The notes under the pieces: model-generated | What the model was told of the DNA's origin: nothing | Databases searched by the model: none | Seen by the model: only the letters and a program-made list of their open reading frames with translations | Part shown: positions 53,980 through 64,000 of the stretch, piece after piece | Layout of the letters: the number at the start of each line of letters is the position of its first letter | Numbering within the stretch: the first letter of the stretch is position 1 | Translations under genes and position numbers: made by a program | Virus record (IMG/VR): IMGVR_UViG_3300002307_000046 | Length of the DNA: 64,000 bases | Source: a virus | Direction: 5' to 3' (one strand)

Positions 53980-54684
53980 ATGGCTTACACCGCGTTACAA
54001 TTAATTAATCGTGCCTACTATCTCTCGCAGATAGTGGCACGAGATTTACAAGTAGTAAGTGGCTCTCAAGTAGAGGACGGCCTATATTTACTCAATGCTT
54101 TGCTTGATGTAAAGGGGTCAGACTTACGCCTAATTCCATATTTTCAATATTACCCATTAACTGCCGTAGCAAATCAAGAAAAGTATTTTGTTCCTAATTT
54201 GCTCTATGTTGACTCAATGACATTTAACATTGGTCCAGTACGATATTCAATGCGTGAATTAACACGTAAAGAATATTTTGCATCAGCACGGGTTGATAAT
54301 ATTGCTAACCTTCCTTTTAGCTATCGTGTTGAGCGATGCTTAAATGGCGCAGACATTTATCTTTACTTCCTACCAGGTGGAAACTATCCCGTTAATATTT
54401 GGGGCAAGTTTGGACTTACTGATGTTACGTTGGGAACCGATTTATCTACTATTTACGATACTTTTTACATTGAGTATCTACGCTATGCCCTTGCTGAGTA
54501 TCTCACATGTGAATGGGGCGTAACCTTCCCTGATGAGGCTAAAGCTAAGTTTGCTGAGATTAGGAAAAAGCTTATGGATATTAGTCCTGCTGACTTAAGT
54601 ATTCAGAAGACTTCATTTTTCTCCGGGCGCCCTGGACTTGATTGGGCCACGGTAAATTTATCGCAAGGATGGTGGCCGTTTTAA
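53980..54684 (+). CDS. gp4-like adaptor, copy 2
   Basis: Identical to 14629-15333. Confidence 0.75.
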   Translation: MAYTALQLINRAYYLSQIVARDLQVVSGSQVEDGLYLLNALLDVKGSDLRLIPYFQYYPLTAVANQEKYFVPNLLYVDSMTFNIGPVRYSMRELTRKEYFASARVDNIANLPFSYRVERCLNGADIYLYFLPGGNYPVNIWGKFGLTDVTLGTDLSTIYDTFYIEYLRYALAEYLTCEWGVTFPDEAKAKFAEIRKKLMDISPADLSIQKTSFFSGRPGLDWATVNLSQGWWPF

Positions 54685-54708
54685 TGAATATAATGATATG
54701 GTGGCCAA

Positions 54709-56328
54709 ATGCCCGCACCTAATGCACAAATGCAAGTCGAAGAAGTACCACTTAAACTCGTTGGTGGCACGCACTTCGGACGTTACCCAAAGATTTCCCT
54801 TGAACAGACTTGGAATTTCATTGTCAGTGATAATTGGTTGGTTCCATATGCTGGTTATAAGAACGTATTAACATTGTCACCAAATGTACCAGGTAGAGGT
54901 ATATTTAGTTCGTATGTTGGCAATCTAATGGTCTGTGTTATTGGTACATTTGCATATAAAATAACCAATGGCCCAAACAATACATTGCAATACAGGCTGA
55001 TTGGTAATTTATATACCAACTCAGGTGATGTATACATTGCGGAAAACAATAATAAGCAAATATGTATAACTGATAACCTTTATTTGTATGTGTACAACTG
55101 GGGTGACAATTCGTTTAAGACATCAAATCCTGCTTCTGCCCCTGATAACTTTAGTTTTCCATTTCAAAATCCTGGGTACATATCTTTCCAAAACGGAAGA
55201 ATTATTATTGCATCTGGTGGTACAACGAACTGGGTATTATCAGGCGCTAATGACGCATTGTCTTGGTCGGCTACGGGTCCTTTTGTAGGTGCTATACAAT
55301 CTAAACCCGACTTTGTTCAGGCTGCTGTTCCTGTTCCTGCTGCTGGTAATAATTTACTGGTGTTTGGTCGCAATGTGACTGAACTATGGGTTGATGTTGG
55401 TAATCCTAATTTTCCTTATCAAAAGAACACATCACAAAATATTGATTATGGTTGCATCAATCCTGCGACGATTGCTCATTTAAGAAACCATGTTGTATGG
55501 ATTGGTGTAAATGAACAGTCTGGTCCGGTGGTGATGTATACGTCTGGAACAGAGATAGAGCAGATATCTACTGATGGTATTGACTATCAGTTAGGTAATC
55601 TATCTAATCCTTTTAATTGCACTGGGTTTTTATATCAACAAGATGGTCACCTTTTATATCAGTTTACTTTTCCTGATGACAATATCTCTTACGCTTACGA
55701 TTTTGAGACCAAGTTATTTTTCAATGTCTCAGATGAGAATCTTAATTATCACATTGCTCGTGAAATTGTATATTTTAATAACACTTATTATTTTGTATCG
55801 CTAAATGGCGGTAACATTTATGAGTTTGATACATTATTTTCTGCCGCAGAATATTCTGAGGACAACATCAAGTTAATACCCAGAATTAGAATTACTGAGC
55901 CGGCAAGGCTTCCCAACCAGCGTTATTTTGTTGTGAGAAGTTTGTCATTTACTATGGAGCAGGGTCAGCCAAATGAGATCACTGTTGTAAATCAAATGCA
56001 AGGTCAAAATGTTTTAGGGGCTGACTCAGATACAACGACATTAATTATAACTTGTGAAAATGGTGATCAGATAGGGTTAGATGGGCAAAGTGAAGTAATT
56101 ACGTCAACTTCTTACTTTCCTTCAGAGGCGATATATTTATCAATATCCAGAGATGGTGGAGAAAACTTTGGTAATCAGTTAGAGATACCGATGAATCCTA
56201 CAGGTGTACGCAAGAGCAGGGTTATTTTCCAGAGACTTGGGATGGCTAATGATACGACTTATAAGCTGATTTTTACTGGTTATAGTAGATTTTTGATTCA
56301 AGATGGCATTTTGGAGTTGGCACAATGA
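54709..56328 (+). CDS. gp10-like tail hub, copy 2
   Basis: Identical to 15358-16977. Confidence 0.85.
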   Translation: MPAPNAQMQVEEVPLKLVGGTHFGRYPKISLEQTWNFIVSDNWLVPYAGYKNVLTLSPNVPGRGIFSSYVGNLMVCVIGTFAYKITNGPNNTLQYRLIGNLYTNSGDVYIAENNNKQICITDNLYLYVYNWGDNSFKTSNPASAPDNFSFPFQNPGYISFQNGRIIIASGGTTNWVLSGANDALSWSATGPFVGAIQSKPDFVQAAVPVPAAGNNLLVFGRNVTELWVDVGNPNFPYQKNTSQNIDYGCINPATIAHLRNHVVWIGVNEQSGPVVMYTSGTEIEQISTDGIDYQLGNLSNPFNCTGFLYQQDGHLLYQFTFPDDNISYAYDFETKLFFNVSDENLNYHIAREIVYFNNTYYFVSLNGGNIYEFDTLFSAAEYSEDNIKLIPRIRITEPARLPNQRYFVVRSLSFTMEQGQPNEITVVNQMQGQNVLGADSDTTTLIITCENGDQIGLDGQSEVITSTSYFPSEAIYLSISRDGGENFGNQLEIPMNPTGVRKSRVIFQRLGMANDTTYKLIFTGYSRFLIQDGILELAQ

Positions 56329-56705
56329 GTGATATCCCGGCATATAATCCAAATATTCGGATTCCCAATCTTCCTGTTGGGAGAATTGTTGATGAGAATG
56401 GGTATCCCACGGTTGAAGAGCAGACATTTCGTCAGACATTATTGACATTATTGCAGAATAATTTAGGTGATATGGGTACGGTAGTTACTAGTTTAAGCCA
56501 AGATAATATCAACCGAATTGTAAACAATACACAATCCATGGATGTTCCTGGTAATTCACCTATTTTGACTTATACGTGTCCATTTGGTACGTTATTTTAC
56601 AACATTGATGCGCCATCTATGAGTAATCCGGGTGGTTATGGTCTGCAAGTTACGGTTAACAATGGCAGTAACATTCCCGTACTGAAAACTGTTACAATTA
56701 CATAA
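56325..56705 (+). CDS. Virion protein, copy 2
   Basis: Identical to 16974-17354. Confidence 0.45.
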   Translation: MSDIPAYNPNIRIPNLPVGRIVDENGYPTVEEQTFRQTLLTLLQNNLGDMGTVVTSLSQDNINRIVNNTQSMDVPGNSPILTYTCPFGTLFYNIDAPSMSNPGGYGLQVTVNNGSNIPVLKTVTIT

Positions 56706-56727
56706 TCACGAAATAAAAGGAATTATT

Positions 56728-57447
56728 ATGGGCGAGCAAGGTGGTTTCGATCCTGCAACTTTAAATTGGTTGCGAAGCATGGGATTGTTTGGGGGATTAG
56801 GAGGTGCTGCTGGAGGATTGGCTAGTTTATTTGGTGGCGGGAAGAATCCTGCTGATGCTGCAAATGGACAGCTCGATCAAATACCTGGCCAGGTTAGTCC
56901 ATACTACAAGCCATATCAACAAGGCGGTCTTGATGCGTATAACAAGCTTCAAGGTGAGTACGGTAATTTATTGGGTAATACCGGTGATGTATATAACCGA
57001 TTAGCCGGTGGTTACCAAGAGTCTCCTGGATATCAATTTAAGCTCAAACAAGGTCTCCAATCTGGTACGAACGCAGCGGCAGCTGGTGGCGTTCTTGGTA
57101 CGCCTTATCATCAAGAAGAAGCCCAGCAATATGGTCAAGGACTGGCTAATCAAGACTTTGAGCAATACCTCAATCATCAACTTGGGTTATATGGTCAGGG
57201 ACTTGAAGGACTCGGGCATCAAAGTGATCAAGGTTTCCAAGCAAACACTGATTACGGTAATTTATTAGCGCAATTAGGCAATGCCAAGGCTGGCTATGGA
57301 TATGCTGGTCAAGCTGGAAAAAATGCAGGCAGAAGCAGTGGACTTGGTAGTTTGTTTAGTGGATTGGGAATGGTTGGTGGTTCGTTGTTTGGTGGTCCGG
57401 TGGGCGGAGCTGCTGGTGGCTACGTAGGGCATTTATTCGGAGGTTAA
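56728..57447 (+). CDS. gp7-like ejection protein, copy 2
   Basis: Identical to 17377-18096. Confidence 0.75.
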   Translation: MGEQGGFDPATLNWLRSMGLFGGLGGAAGGLASLFGGGKNPADAANGQLDQIPGQVSPYYKPYQQGGLDAYNKLQGEYGNLLGNTGDVYNRLAGGYQESPGYQFKLKQGLQSGTNAAAAGGVLGTPYHQEEAQQYGQGLANQDFEQYLNHQLGLYGQGLEGLGHQSDQGFQANTDYGNLLAQLGNAKAGYGYAGQAGKNAGRSSGLGSLFSGLGMVGGSLFGGPVGGAAGGYVGHLFGG

Positions 57448-57450
57448 ATC

Positions 57451-58527
57451 ATGGCTATTGGCGTGAATATACAAGGTCCTGCATTTAAGCTATCTCCTGA
57501 AGAAGCTACAGGGCAACCTAACTATTATGATGCGATTATGAAGGGTATTGGTGGCGCGCAAAGTATGCGCGAATCTGCTGCTAATTTGATTGGTAAACAT
57601 TTAGCAAATAAACATGCTCAATTGGAATTGGCTAATGCTCCGTTGAATAGGCAATTATTGCAGGCCAAAATAAGTAGCGCGTTGGCATCTGGGCAATTAT
57701 CTAAAACTAAAGCAGATTTATATTCTCAAGTATTGAATCAACCTTCATCAAATGGTGGTCAATATCAAAATGAAGAGGGTTTTCAATATCAACCTGGTGA
57801 GGGCGGAGCACCTTATTTAGGCATGAATCAACAAAATCAAGTCAATCAATCGAGTCCCATGGATTATAAGCAAGCTCTAACAAGACATTTGTTGGGGCTT
57901 CCTGCAGAGTTGCCAAATGAAAAAATGCAACGTGAAATTGGAACGTCTAATATTAAAGAGCAAAACAAAGTTGATATTAAACGAGCACAAGAATTGCGTG
58001 AATCAGGGAAAGAGTTGTCATTGGCTGGTGTTGATATCAATGGAATTCATGATATTTTAACTGGTCCAGATAGCTTAGGTACTGGTATTACTAAGTCATT
58101 GATCGGAAAAGCCGGATTTGGCAGTGAAAAATTAGGTGAATTTAATGAGCGAGCACTAAGGCTTCAAGCGCAAATGGCCCGAGCTTTAAGTGATCGCGGT
58201 GGTCAAGGTGCAGCAAATATAGTTGCGAGTGGTAAGCCTAGTAGCTGGAAGAGTACAAGTGAAAACCTTGGTATTACGAATGCGTATGCAGAAAGAATCA
58301 AAAATGAATTTGATTTATTAAACCAAGAATATAGAAATATTACAGGAAAAGATTTGCCTTATTCTCTTCCACAGTATGTTCATAATATTGGTCGCAAGAT
58401 CGATAAAAATATGTTTAAGCCAAAAACAAATCTTACGACAAAAGAAGAATTTCATGCTTATATGGAATCATTGACGCCCGAACAAAGAAGATTGGCAACA
58501 GAATATTATAGGAGCAAAAGAAAATGA
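57451..58527 (+). CDS. gp20-like ejection protein, copy 2
   Basis: Identical to 18100-19176. Confidence 0.6.
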   Translation: MAIGVNIQGPAFKLSPEEATGQPNYYDAIMKGIGGAQSMRESAANLIGKHLANKHAQLELANAPLNRQLLQAKISSALASGQLSKTKADLYSQVLNQPSSNGGQYQNEEGFQYQPGEGGAPYLGMNQQNQVNQSSPMDYKQALTRHLLGLPAELPNEKMQREIGTSNIKEQNKVDIKRAQELRESGKELSLAGVDINGIHDILTGPDSLGTGITKSLIGKAGFGSEKLGEFNERALRLQAQMARALSDRGGQGAANIVASGKPSSWKSTSENLGITNAYAERIKNEFDLLNQEYRNITGKDLPYSLPQYVHNIGRKIDKNMFKPKTNLTTKEEFHAYMESLTPEQRRLATEYYRSKRK

Positions 58528-59375
58528 GTTATATCCCATCTGACGAAGATTTAAGTCAATACGAATATGATGAGCCTTCTTTTGGTCGAAAAGCGATAGA
58601 TTATGAAAAAGGGTATGGCGCACAACTTCTTCAGTCAGGTGAAAATGCAGCAAGATTTATAGGTAATTTGCCATCCAAGGCTTATGAAGCTATTACAGAT
58701 AAATCTTTATATAATATTCCAGAATATGATTTCACAAAATTCATTCCCCAATCAGAAGCAGGACAAACTGGAAAACATGTTGGTGAGAATGTAGCCGATA
58801 TTGCTTCATTATTAATTCCTGGAAAATTAGGATTAAAGGGACTTAGAGCAGCCTTAAGATATCATCCTTTAACAAAAGGACAACTTGGTCGGCAAATACA
58901 AGGGCCTTTAGATATTCTTGAGCAAGGAGGATCTCGATCTCCTCTCGGATATCGCCAATTACAGGAAATAAATGATTTATTATCACACCCTGCTTTAGAA
59001 TCAGGTGGAAGAGCAGGTCGAGCATTAACTTCTCAAGGCAGAAATGCAATTCTGGATGTAGCTGCCGAAGGCAGACCTTCTGGTTTACATTCGGCTCAAT
59101 CTCTTCTTGGTGATTTAGAGCGCGTGCTTCCACAGGGTGGTGAAGCATTACTTTCAACTACACGCGTTAGACCACTTAAAGAACAATTGCTAGAAGCAAT
59201 AAAAAAAGGAGCTGGTGAGGTAGGTTTAGAAAAAGAAGCAGATAAATATTTAAAAGCTAGAGAAGCTGCTAGAAGATATTACCGTACGAGAAAAGCAATT
59301 AAAAAAATATCTAAACCATTAGGTATTGCTGCTTTATTAAAAACAGGGATTACGGGAATAAAGAATTTACCTTAA
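58524..59375 (+). CDS. gp16-like ejection protein, copy 2
   Basis: Identical to 19173-20024. Confidence 0.55.
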   Translation: MSYIPSDEDLSQYEYDEPSFGRKAIDYEKGYGAQLLQSGENAARFIGNLPSKAYEAITDKSLYNIPEYDFTKFIPQSEAGQTGKHVGENVADIASLLIPGKLGLKGLRAALRYHPLTKGQLGRQIQGPLDILEQGGSRSPLGYRQLQEINDLLSHPALESGGRAGRALTSQGRNAILDVAAEGRPSGLHSAQSLLGDLERVLPQGGEALLSTTRVRPLKEQLLEAIKKGAGEVGLEKEADKYLKAREAARRYYRTRKAIKKISKPLGIAALLKTGITGIKNLP

Positions 59376-59449
59376 TCTTCAAAAGCAATATTCCATAAAA
59401 CCACGCTTATGATTAGCCAGAACAAAAACCACATATTCATCCCCATCAT
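59372..59449 (-). CDS. 25-aa membrane peptide, copy 2
   Basis: Identical to 20021-20098. Confidence 0.55.
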   Translation of the reverse strand: MMGMNMWFLFWLIISVVLWNIAFED

Positions 59450-59569
59450 TTAATATGCTCAAATAATATCATAGTGATGATTTATTGTAAATGTGCAATT
59501 AAATATTAAATAAGTCATTCCTTTTCTACGAAATTTATCGTAAGGTCATTCTTTGGTTAATGTTTAAGG

Positions 59570-60307
59570 ATGAACTTTGTGAACGAGATAGTATTGGTGA
59601 GAGGTAATGAAATATTTACTACTTCATTAGCGATTAGTGAAGGTGTAAAAATAGAACATGATAACGTCGTTAAGTTGATCAAACGATATTCTTATATTGA
59701 TATTCTTTCTGTGTTTGAAACACGGGATCATAAGACGAAAGGAAGGCCACTAAGTGTTATTTATTTAACTGAATTGCAGGCTACTTTTCTTATCACATTA
59801 ATGAAGAATTCAGAGAAAGTGATCGAATTTAAATCCTCATTAACTAAAGCATTCTTTAAGCAACGAAAAATACTTCAACAAATTTTAACTCAACAACATA
59901 ATGCAGATTGGTTATTGCATAGAAATGACACAAAAATAATGCGAAGGGAATGCACAGATAAAATTCAAGAGTTTATTCAATATGCTATATCTCAAGGAAG
60001 TAAATCCGCCGAAAAGTATTACATGAGTCTAAGCAGAATGGAATTAACGGGGTTATTTTTACTTGAACAAAAGTATCCTAATGCTCGTGACGTCATGAAT
60101 TTTAAACAATTGAATTTAATTGAAATGGCTGATGAGGCAATTGCAATCTCATTAGAAGAATCAATGAAGATAGGATTGCCTTACAAAGAGTGCTATCAAA
60201 AAGCCAAAGAAAAGATAGAATTACTTGCTAAAATTTTTCCAAAATCACCTTTACCCACTCTTTTAGAAGAAACAAAGTCAAAGCATGTTGAAAAGCTAGC
60301 CGAATAG
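59570..60307 (+). CDS. rha: Rha-family protein, copy 2
   Basis: Identical to 20219-20956. Confidence 0.85.
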   Translation: MNFVNEIVLVRGNEIFTTSLAISEGVKIEHDNVVKLIKRYSYIDILSVFETRDHKTKGRPLSVIYLTELQATFLITLMKNSEKVIEFKSSLTKAFFKQRKILQQILTQQHNADWLLHRNDTKIMRRECTDKIQEFIQYAISQGSKSAEKYYMSLSRMELTGLFLLEQKYPNARDVMNFKQLNLIEMADEAIAISLEESMKIGLPYKECYQKAKEKIELLAKIFPKSPLPTLLEETKSKHVEKLAE

Positions 60308-60352
60308 CGTAAAATAGATTTATTCAATATTGATAGCTACGGACAGTAATCA

Positions 60353-62575
60353 ATGCCATTGCCTTCGAACTACTTAATCGCTAGCCCACCGCTCGAATAT
60401 ACATTTTTAACAAATGTTTCTGGCGAACCTTTGTCTGGTGGTAAGGTATATTTCTATAGTGACCCACAATTTTCAGTACCTAAGCCCGTATATCAGCAAA
60501 CAAATAATATTCAAAATGGTGAGCTACAGTACACACCATTGCGTAATCCACTTATATTAAGCAGCATTGGTACATTTGTAGACGATTCGGGTAATAACCT
60601 TACAGTTTTCTACTGGCCTTATGAAGGAACTCCTGATAGTTCTGGCAATCCTCCGGACCCAGAAAATCTTGTTGAGCAGTTATATTTCATACAAGTAAGC
60701 GATTCAAATGATGCGTTGCAGTTTTCATTGGAATACTGGCCACCAAATGTTGTTTCTCAGGGTGAAATAGCCACAAACTTAGTTACCTTAAACAATATCC
60801 TAACTAATCAACAATTCTCTGAAGTTAATTTTCCATCTGTTGTAGCTACTGCATATAGTGTTACAGGTACGATGACATTAGATGTTGCGCCAGGATGGTA
60901 TATTGACAGCACTGGAACAGGGACAATTACCGTTCAACAAATTCCTTTGTCTGTTTCTTTTGAGACAGAGGCGCCTTATGCGTTGCAGATTCAATTAACT
61001 GTTGGTTTAACTGCGACTTTGAATCAAAAGATTAATCAAAGTCCAAGAATGTTTGCCGATAAAGTATTGTATGGATACTTTCAGGCTGCTTGCACAAGCG
61101 GTCAAGAAGTTCAGCTGACGTTGAATTATATTCCGTCTAATGGTGCGATTGCAGCCACACAAATTTGTCAAGATACAACGACTAATGATGGTCAATTTAA
61201 GGCAATTAAAGGTCCATCTCAAACAGCAATACCTTATAATCCTGATGCTGCTCCTGGTGGCTATGTCATCATTTCACTGGAGCTGGCGGGCAATACAACA
61301 ATCCAAGTTACCAGTTTTCAGGTTGTTGGTATAGAAAATGAAACGATTATTCCCCAATACATTGAGACGTCAATACCTCAGCAGCAATCAGAATTGTTTT
61401 GGTACTGGCAGCCAAAGTTAAATTATAAGCCCATACCAAGCTATTTAGTTGGATGGGACTTTCCTTTAAATCCAGCTCAATTTGGTGGTGGTACATCAAC
61501 ACCTGTTGCTGTAGGTGCTTTAACTGGCAACAATGCATCGGCTTATATTTGGGACCAAACAATATTGTTTCAAAATGTTAGTAATGCCATCAGTTATTTT
61601 AGAAGTGCCACAACGAATGGTCTATCAATAAGCACTACGGGTGATACATCATTTGCATTGGTACAATATCTAGATGCTGCACAAGCTCGTGAAATATTAT
61701 CGCAACGAAATGCGATTGCAATTAAAGGCGCGGTAAGCACAGGAACATTGACAGGTACTGTCAGTTTATATTGGACCACGGCAGCATTTCCTACAATTAC
61801 GGCAACAAATAACTATTCTCTTGTACAAACTATTGATGGCACAACGAGTGTTCCAACGGTTCCTACAACGGCTGGTAATTGGGGTGCATGGACAAAGGTT
61901 CCGAATAAGATTTTAAAAGATTATGGTCAAATCACATTAACCACAACGAATGCTGAATATGATTTCATTGAATTTGACGCGACAGCAAGTGCTGCTCCTA
62001 CGACAGCAACTGGATTTGCAATTGTTGTATCTTTTGGTTCTCTTACATCTGCACAAATTGCAACTTTTGATTATATCTCCCTGGTTGGTGGGGACATTGC
62101 CACACGGCCTGCTCCCCAAACTCCAGATGAAGTATTGAGAGAGTGTCAATACTATTGGGAGAAAAGTTACAATCCAAGTGTTTTAGCTGGAACTGCTTCA
62201 AGTACTGGAGGAGCGCTTTTTTATACTCAAGCAGCCTATGGATATGTTAGCAGCGGAAATCAAAGTAGATTCTGTTATTCCTCATTTGTGGTTCCATATA
62301 ATACCTGCAAGCGCTCGTCTATACCCGTAAACACTATATACTCACCAAATACTGGAACAGTTGCTATGGTCCATGCATTTGCTACTGATGGCGTTCAAAC
62401 GCCTACAAATGGGGATATCGGGGTAGGAGCATGGACGCAAATTCAGGGTAATAAAGCTATTGGTTTTCAAGTTACAGGTGCATCAACATTTGGTTCAGGG
62501 ACAGGCGCTTCAAACCAAGCTACCGCATATGTCTCATTGCAATTTACTGCCGATGCCAGAATCGGAATAGTTTAA
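60353..62575 (+). CDS. Tailspike, copy 2
   Basis: Identical to 21002-23224. Confidence 0.8.
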   Translation: MPLPSNYLIASPPLEYTFLTNVSGEPLSGGKVYFYSDPQFSVPKPVYQQTNNIQNGELQYTPLRNPLILSSIGTFVDDSGNNLTVFYWPYEGTPDSSGNPPDPENLVEQLYFIQVSDSNDALQFSLEYWPPNVVSQGEIATNLVTLNNILTNQQFSEVNFPSVVATAYSVTGTMTLDVAPGWYIDSTGTGTITVQQIPLSVSFETEAPYALQIQLTVGLTATLNQKINQSPRMFADKVLYGYFQAACTSGQEVQLTLNYIPSNGAIAATQICQDTTTNDGQFKAIKGPSQTAIPYNPDAAPGGYVIISLELAGNTTIQVTSFQVVGIENETIIPQYIETSIPQQQSELFWYWQPKLNYKPIPSYLVGWDFPLNPAQFGGGTSTPVAVGALTGNNASAYIWDQTILFQNVSNAISYFRSATTNGLSISTTGDTSFALVQYLDAAQAREILSQRNAIAIKGAVSTGTLTGTVSLYWTTAAFPTITATNNYSLVQTIDGTTSVPTVPTTAGNWGAWTKVPNKILKDYGQITLTTTNAEYDFIEFDATASAAPTTATGFAIVVSFGSLTSAQIATFDYISLVGGDIATRPAPQTPDEVLRECQYYWEKSYNPSVLAGTASSTGGALFYTQAAYGYVSSGNQSRFCYSSFVVPYNTCKRSSIPVNTIYSPNTGTVAMVHAFATDGVQTPTNGDIGVGAWTQIQGNKAIGFQVTGASTFGSGTGASNQATAYVSLQFTADARIGIV

Positions 62576-62586
62576 AAGGAGTTAAA

Positions 62587-62946
62587 ATGTCAACGAAATT
62601 CTTGATGATTAGAGACCTTTCAGGAACAAATGGTTTTGGAATTTCTCCTACATATGATGTTAAGGCATCTTCATTGGCTGTCAATACGGCTCAATCAATA
62701 ACGGTTCCAAGCAATTATAAAAACTGGATTGCAATATTTAGTTATTCTCCTGGTGCTAATGTGTGGGTTAGATTTGATGGTGGTACGGCGGCTGTTGCGT
62801 CTGGTTCATTTGCGAGTGTTAGCTCTGTATTGAATCCAGCTGGACGAGCTGTTAGTGCAGGTCAAGTAATTAGTTTTATTACGGCTGACGCAACAAATCC
62901 ATACGTTTGCGTTGAATTCCAAATTGTTCAACCTTATACGAATTAA
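62587..62946 (+). CDS. Small virion protein, copy 2
   Basis: Identical to 23236-23595. Confidence 0.6.
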   Translation: MSTKFLMIRDLSGTNGFGISPTYDVKASSLAVNTAQSITVPSNYKNWIAIFSYSPGANVWVRFDGGTAAVASGSFASVSSVLNPAGRAVSAGQVISFITADATNPYVCVEFQIVQPYTN

Positions 62947-62949
62947 ATT

Positions 62950-63132
62950 ATGGCTATATTTAATGTTCCATTAGGTATAAATTTAACGGATAATGATCCA
63001 ATTAATGTTTCGCCATTTGGATTTGGACCAGCAAATGAGACAAGTTTTATTCCCCCAACATCTTTTTTTATTATTACTGAAGACGGGAAATTTATACTAA
63101 CGGAAGATAACAAATTCATGATCACGGAGTGA
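62950..63132 (+). CDS. 60-aa virion accessory protein, copy 2
   Basis: Identical to 23599-23781. Confidence 0.6.
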   Translation: MAIFNVPLGINLTDNDPINVSPFGFGPANETSFIPPTSFFIITEDGKFILTEDNKFMITE

Positions 63133-63137
63133 TTTAA

Positions 63138-64000
63138 ATGGCAGATGAAAAGTTTAGTCAGTTTGTTACTCAAGGCAGTATTAGTACTGGAAATACTTTA
63201 GTTGGACTGAGTAGTGGCATAAACGTTCAATTTAATCCTTTTGCTTTTGCAGACGATTTAACAATTTCTACTTTAACTGTGGGCCAGGGAAATTTCAAAG
63301 ATTCATTTGGCACTAATGGTGCGTTTGGCTCCAGTGCATTAGGTTCAAATGTTTCTGGTTCAAATAATTCTGCTTTTGGATATGCATCTCTGTCAGCTGT
63401 ATCAGCGGGTGGAGCGAATAGTGCATTTGGGTCCGGTTCAGGTCAATCAAATGATGGCATAAACAATGTTTATGTTGGGTTCAATAGCGGAGCTTTATTG
63501 GGAGTTACCGCGAATGGTGATAACAATGTATTCTTAGGGTCTTATTCTGGAAATGGCGGAGGAAATGTATCCGGATATGATATGCAAGCAGGATCTCACA
63601 ATACTTTTGTAGGAGTCTTTGCGACTGGAAATAGCACTACTATCAACGGCTCTATTGCGATTGGATATTTTTCTGTTTCGGATGCCGCGACTGGAAGTAC
63701 CTCTGGAACTTTCGGTCCAGGCATAGCATTTGGAGCATCTGGATTTCCAGTAGGTTTCAGAGGAGATGGAACAGCCATTCCTGCTGGTAGCCAACATTAC
63801 TGGCGTATGAAGGTTAATGACACGTATTATCAAATTCCATTAATCACAGATGAAGCAGCTTTATTATGGCCTGCGAGCGGGACATTGGCAACAACGGCAC
63901 AATTGCCTTCTTCAGGTTCTCCTTTAGCCGCTACTAGTGGCGGAACAGGTGTCAGTAATTCATTTAACTTAACAATTAATGCCGCATCCACAATTAACCA
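63138..64000 (+). CDS. YadA-like fibre, copy 2, truncated by the window end
   Basis: Identical to 23787-24649. Confidence 0.7.
   Translation, partial: MADEKFSQFVTQGSISTGNTLVGLSSGINVQFNPFAFADDLTISTLTVGQGNFKDSFGTNGAFGSSALGSNVSGSNNSAFGYASLSAVSAGGANSAFGSGSGQSNDGINNVYVGFNSGALLGVTANGDNNVFLGSYSGNGGGNVSGYDMQAGSHNTFVGVFATGNSTTINGSIAIGYFSVSDAATGSTSGTFGPGIAFGASGFPVGFRGDGTAIPAGSQHYWRMKVNDTYYQIPLITDEAALLWPASGTLATTAQLPSSGSPLAATSGGTGVSNSFNLTINAASTIN

Larger units (their letters stand above)
39352..64000. repeat. Second copy of 1-24649
   Basis: Identical ORF track at +39351. Confidence 0.98.

Noticed and set aside
39352-64000. Second copies of csrA, acb2, RNAs etc. as true gene duplications
   Set aside because: They are part of the whole-genome repeat, not paralogs

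Overview
The window is about 1.63 tandem copies of one 39,351-bp, AT-rich, P22/Sf6-like podophage genome. Positions 1-24649 recur at 39352-64000 with an identical ORF track (+39351 offset), so the duplication is most likely a circular-contig or concatemer artefact. The genome unit has four parts. (i) Packaging and virion genes: terS, terL, portal, scaffold, P22-type coat, gp4/gp10-like tail, three ejection proteins, Rha, tailspike, and a ~10-kb cluster of modular fibre-like genes. (ii) A GH24 lysozyme and a VRR-NUC nuclease. (iii) A leftward Sak4/SSB/Cas4-like recombination operon, divergent from cro and a lambda-like O/ori/P replication module. (iv) Accessory islands. No integrase, CI repressor or Q antiterminator was recognised. 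The most striking content is post-transcriptional and anti-defence: a phage csrA convergent with a cold-shock gene that has a ~160-nt structured leader; many ribosome-binding sites displayed as (AN)GGA hairpin loops, i.e. CsrA-type sites; an Acb2/Vs.4-family cyclic-nucleotide sponge followed directly by a 195-nt tRNA-like RNA with no anticodon loop and by tRNA-Gln(UUG); a second promoter-driven 135-nt structured RNA with a T-loop; three perfect DnaA boxes on the terS promoter; and an HNH homing endonuclease insertion that left an orphaned terL N-terminus. A gammaproteobacterial host, possibly Legionellales, is inferred but not proven. All calls are by eye; no database searches or folding programs were run.
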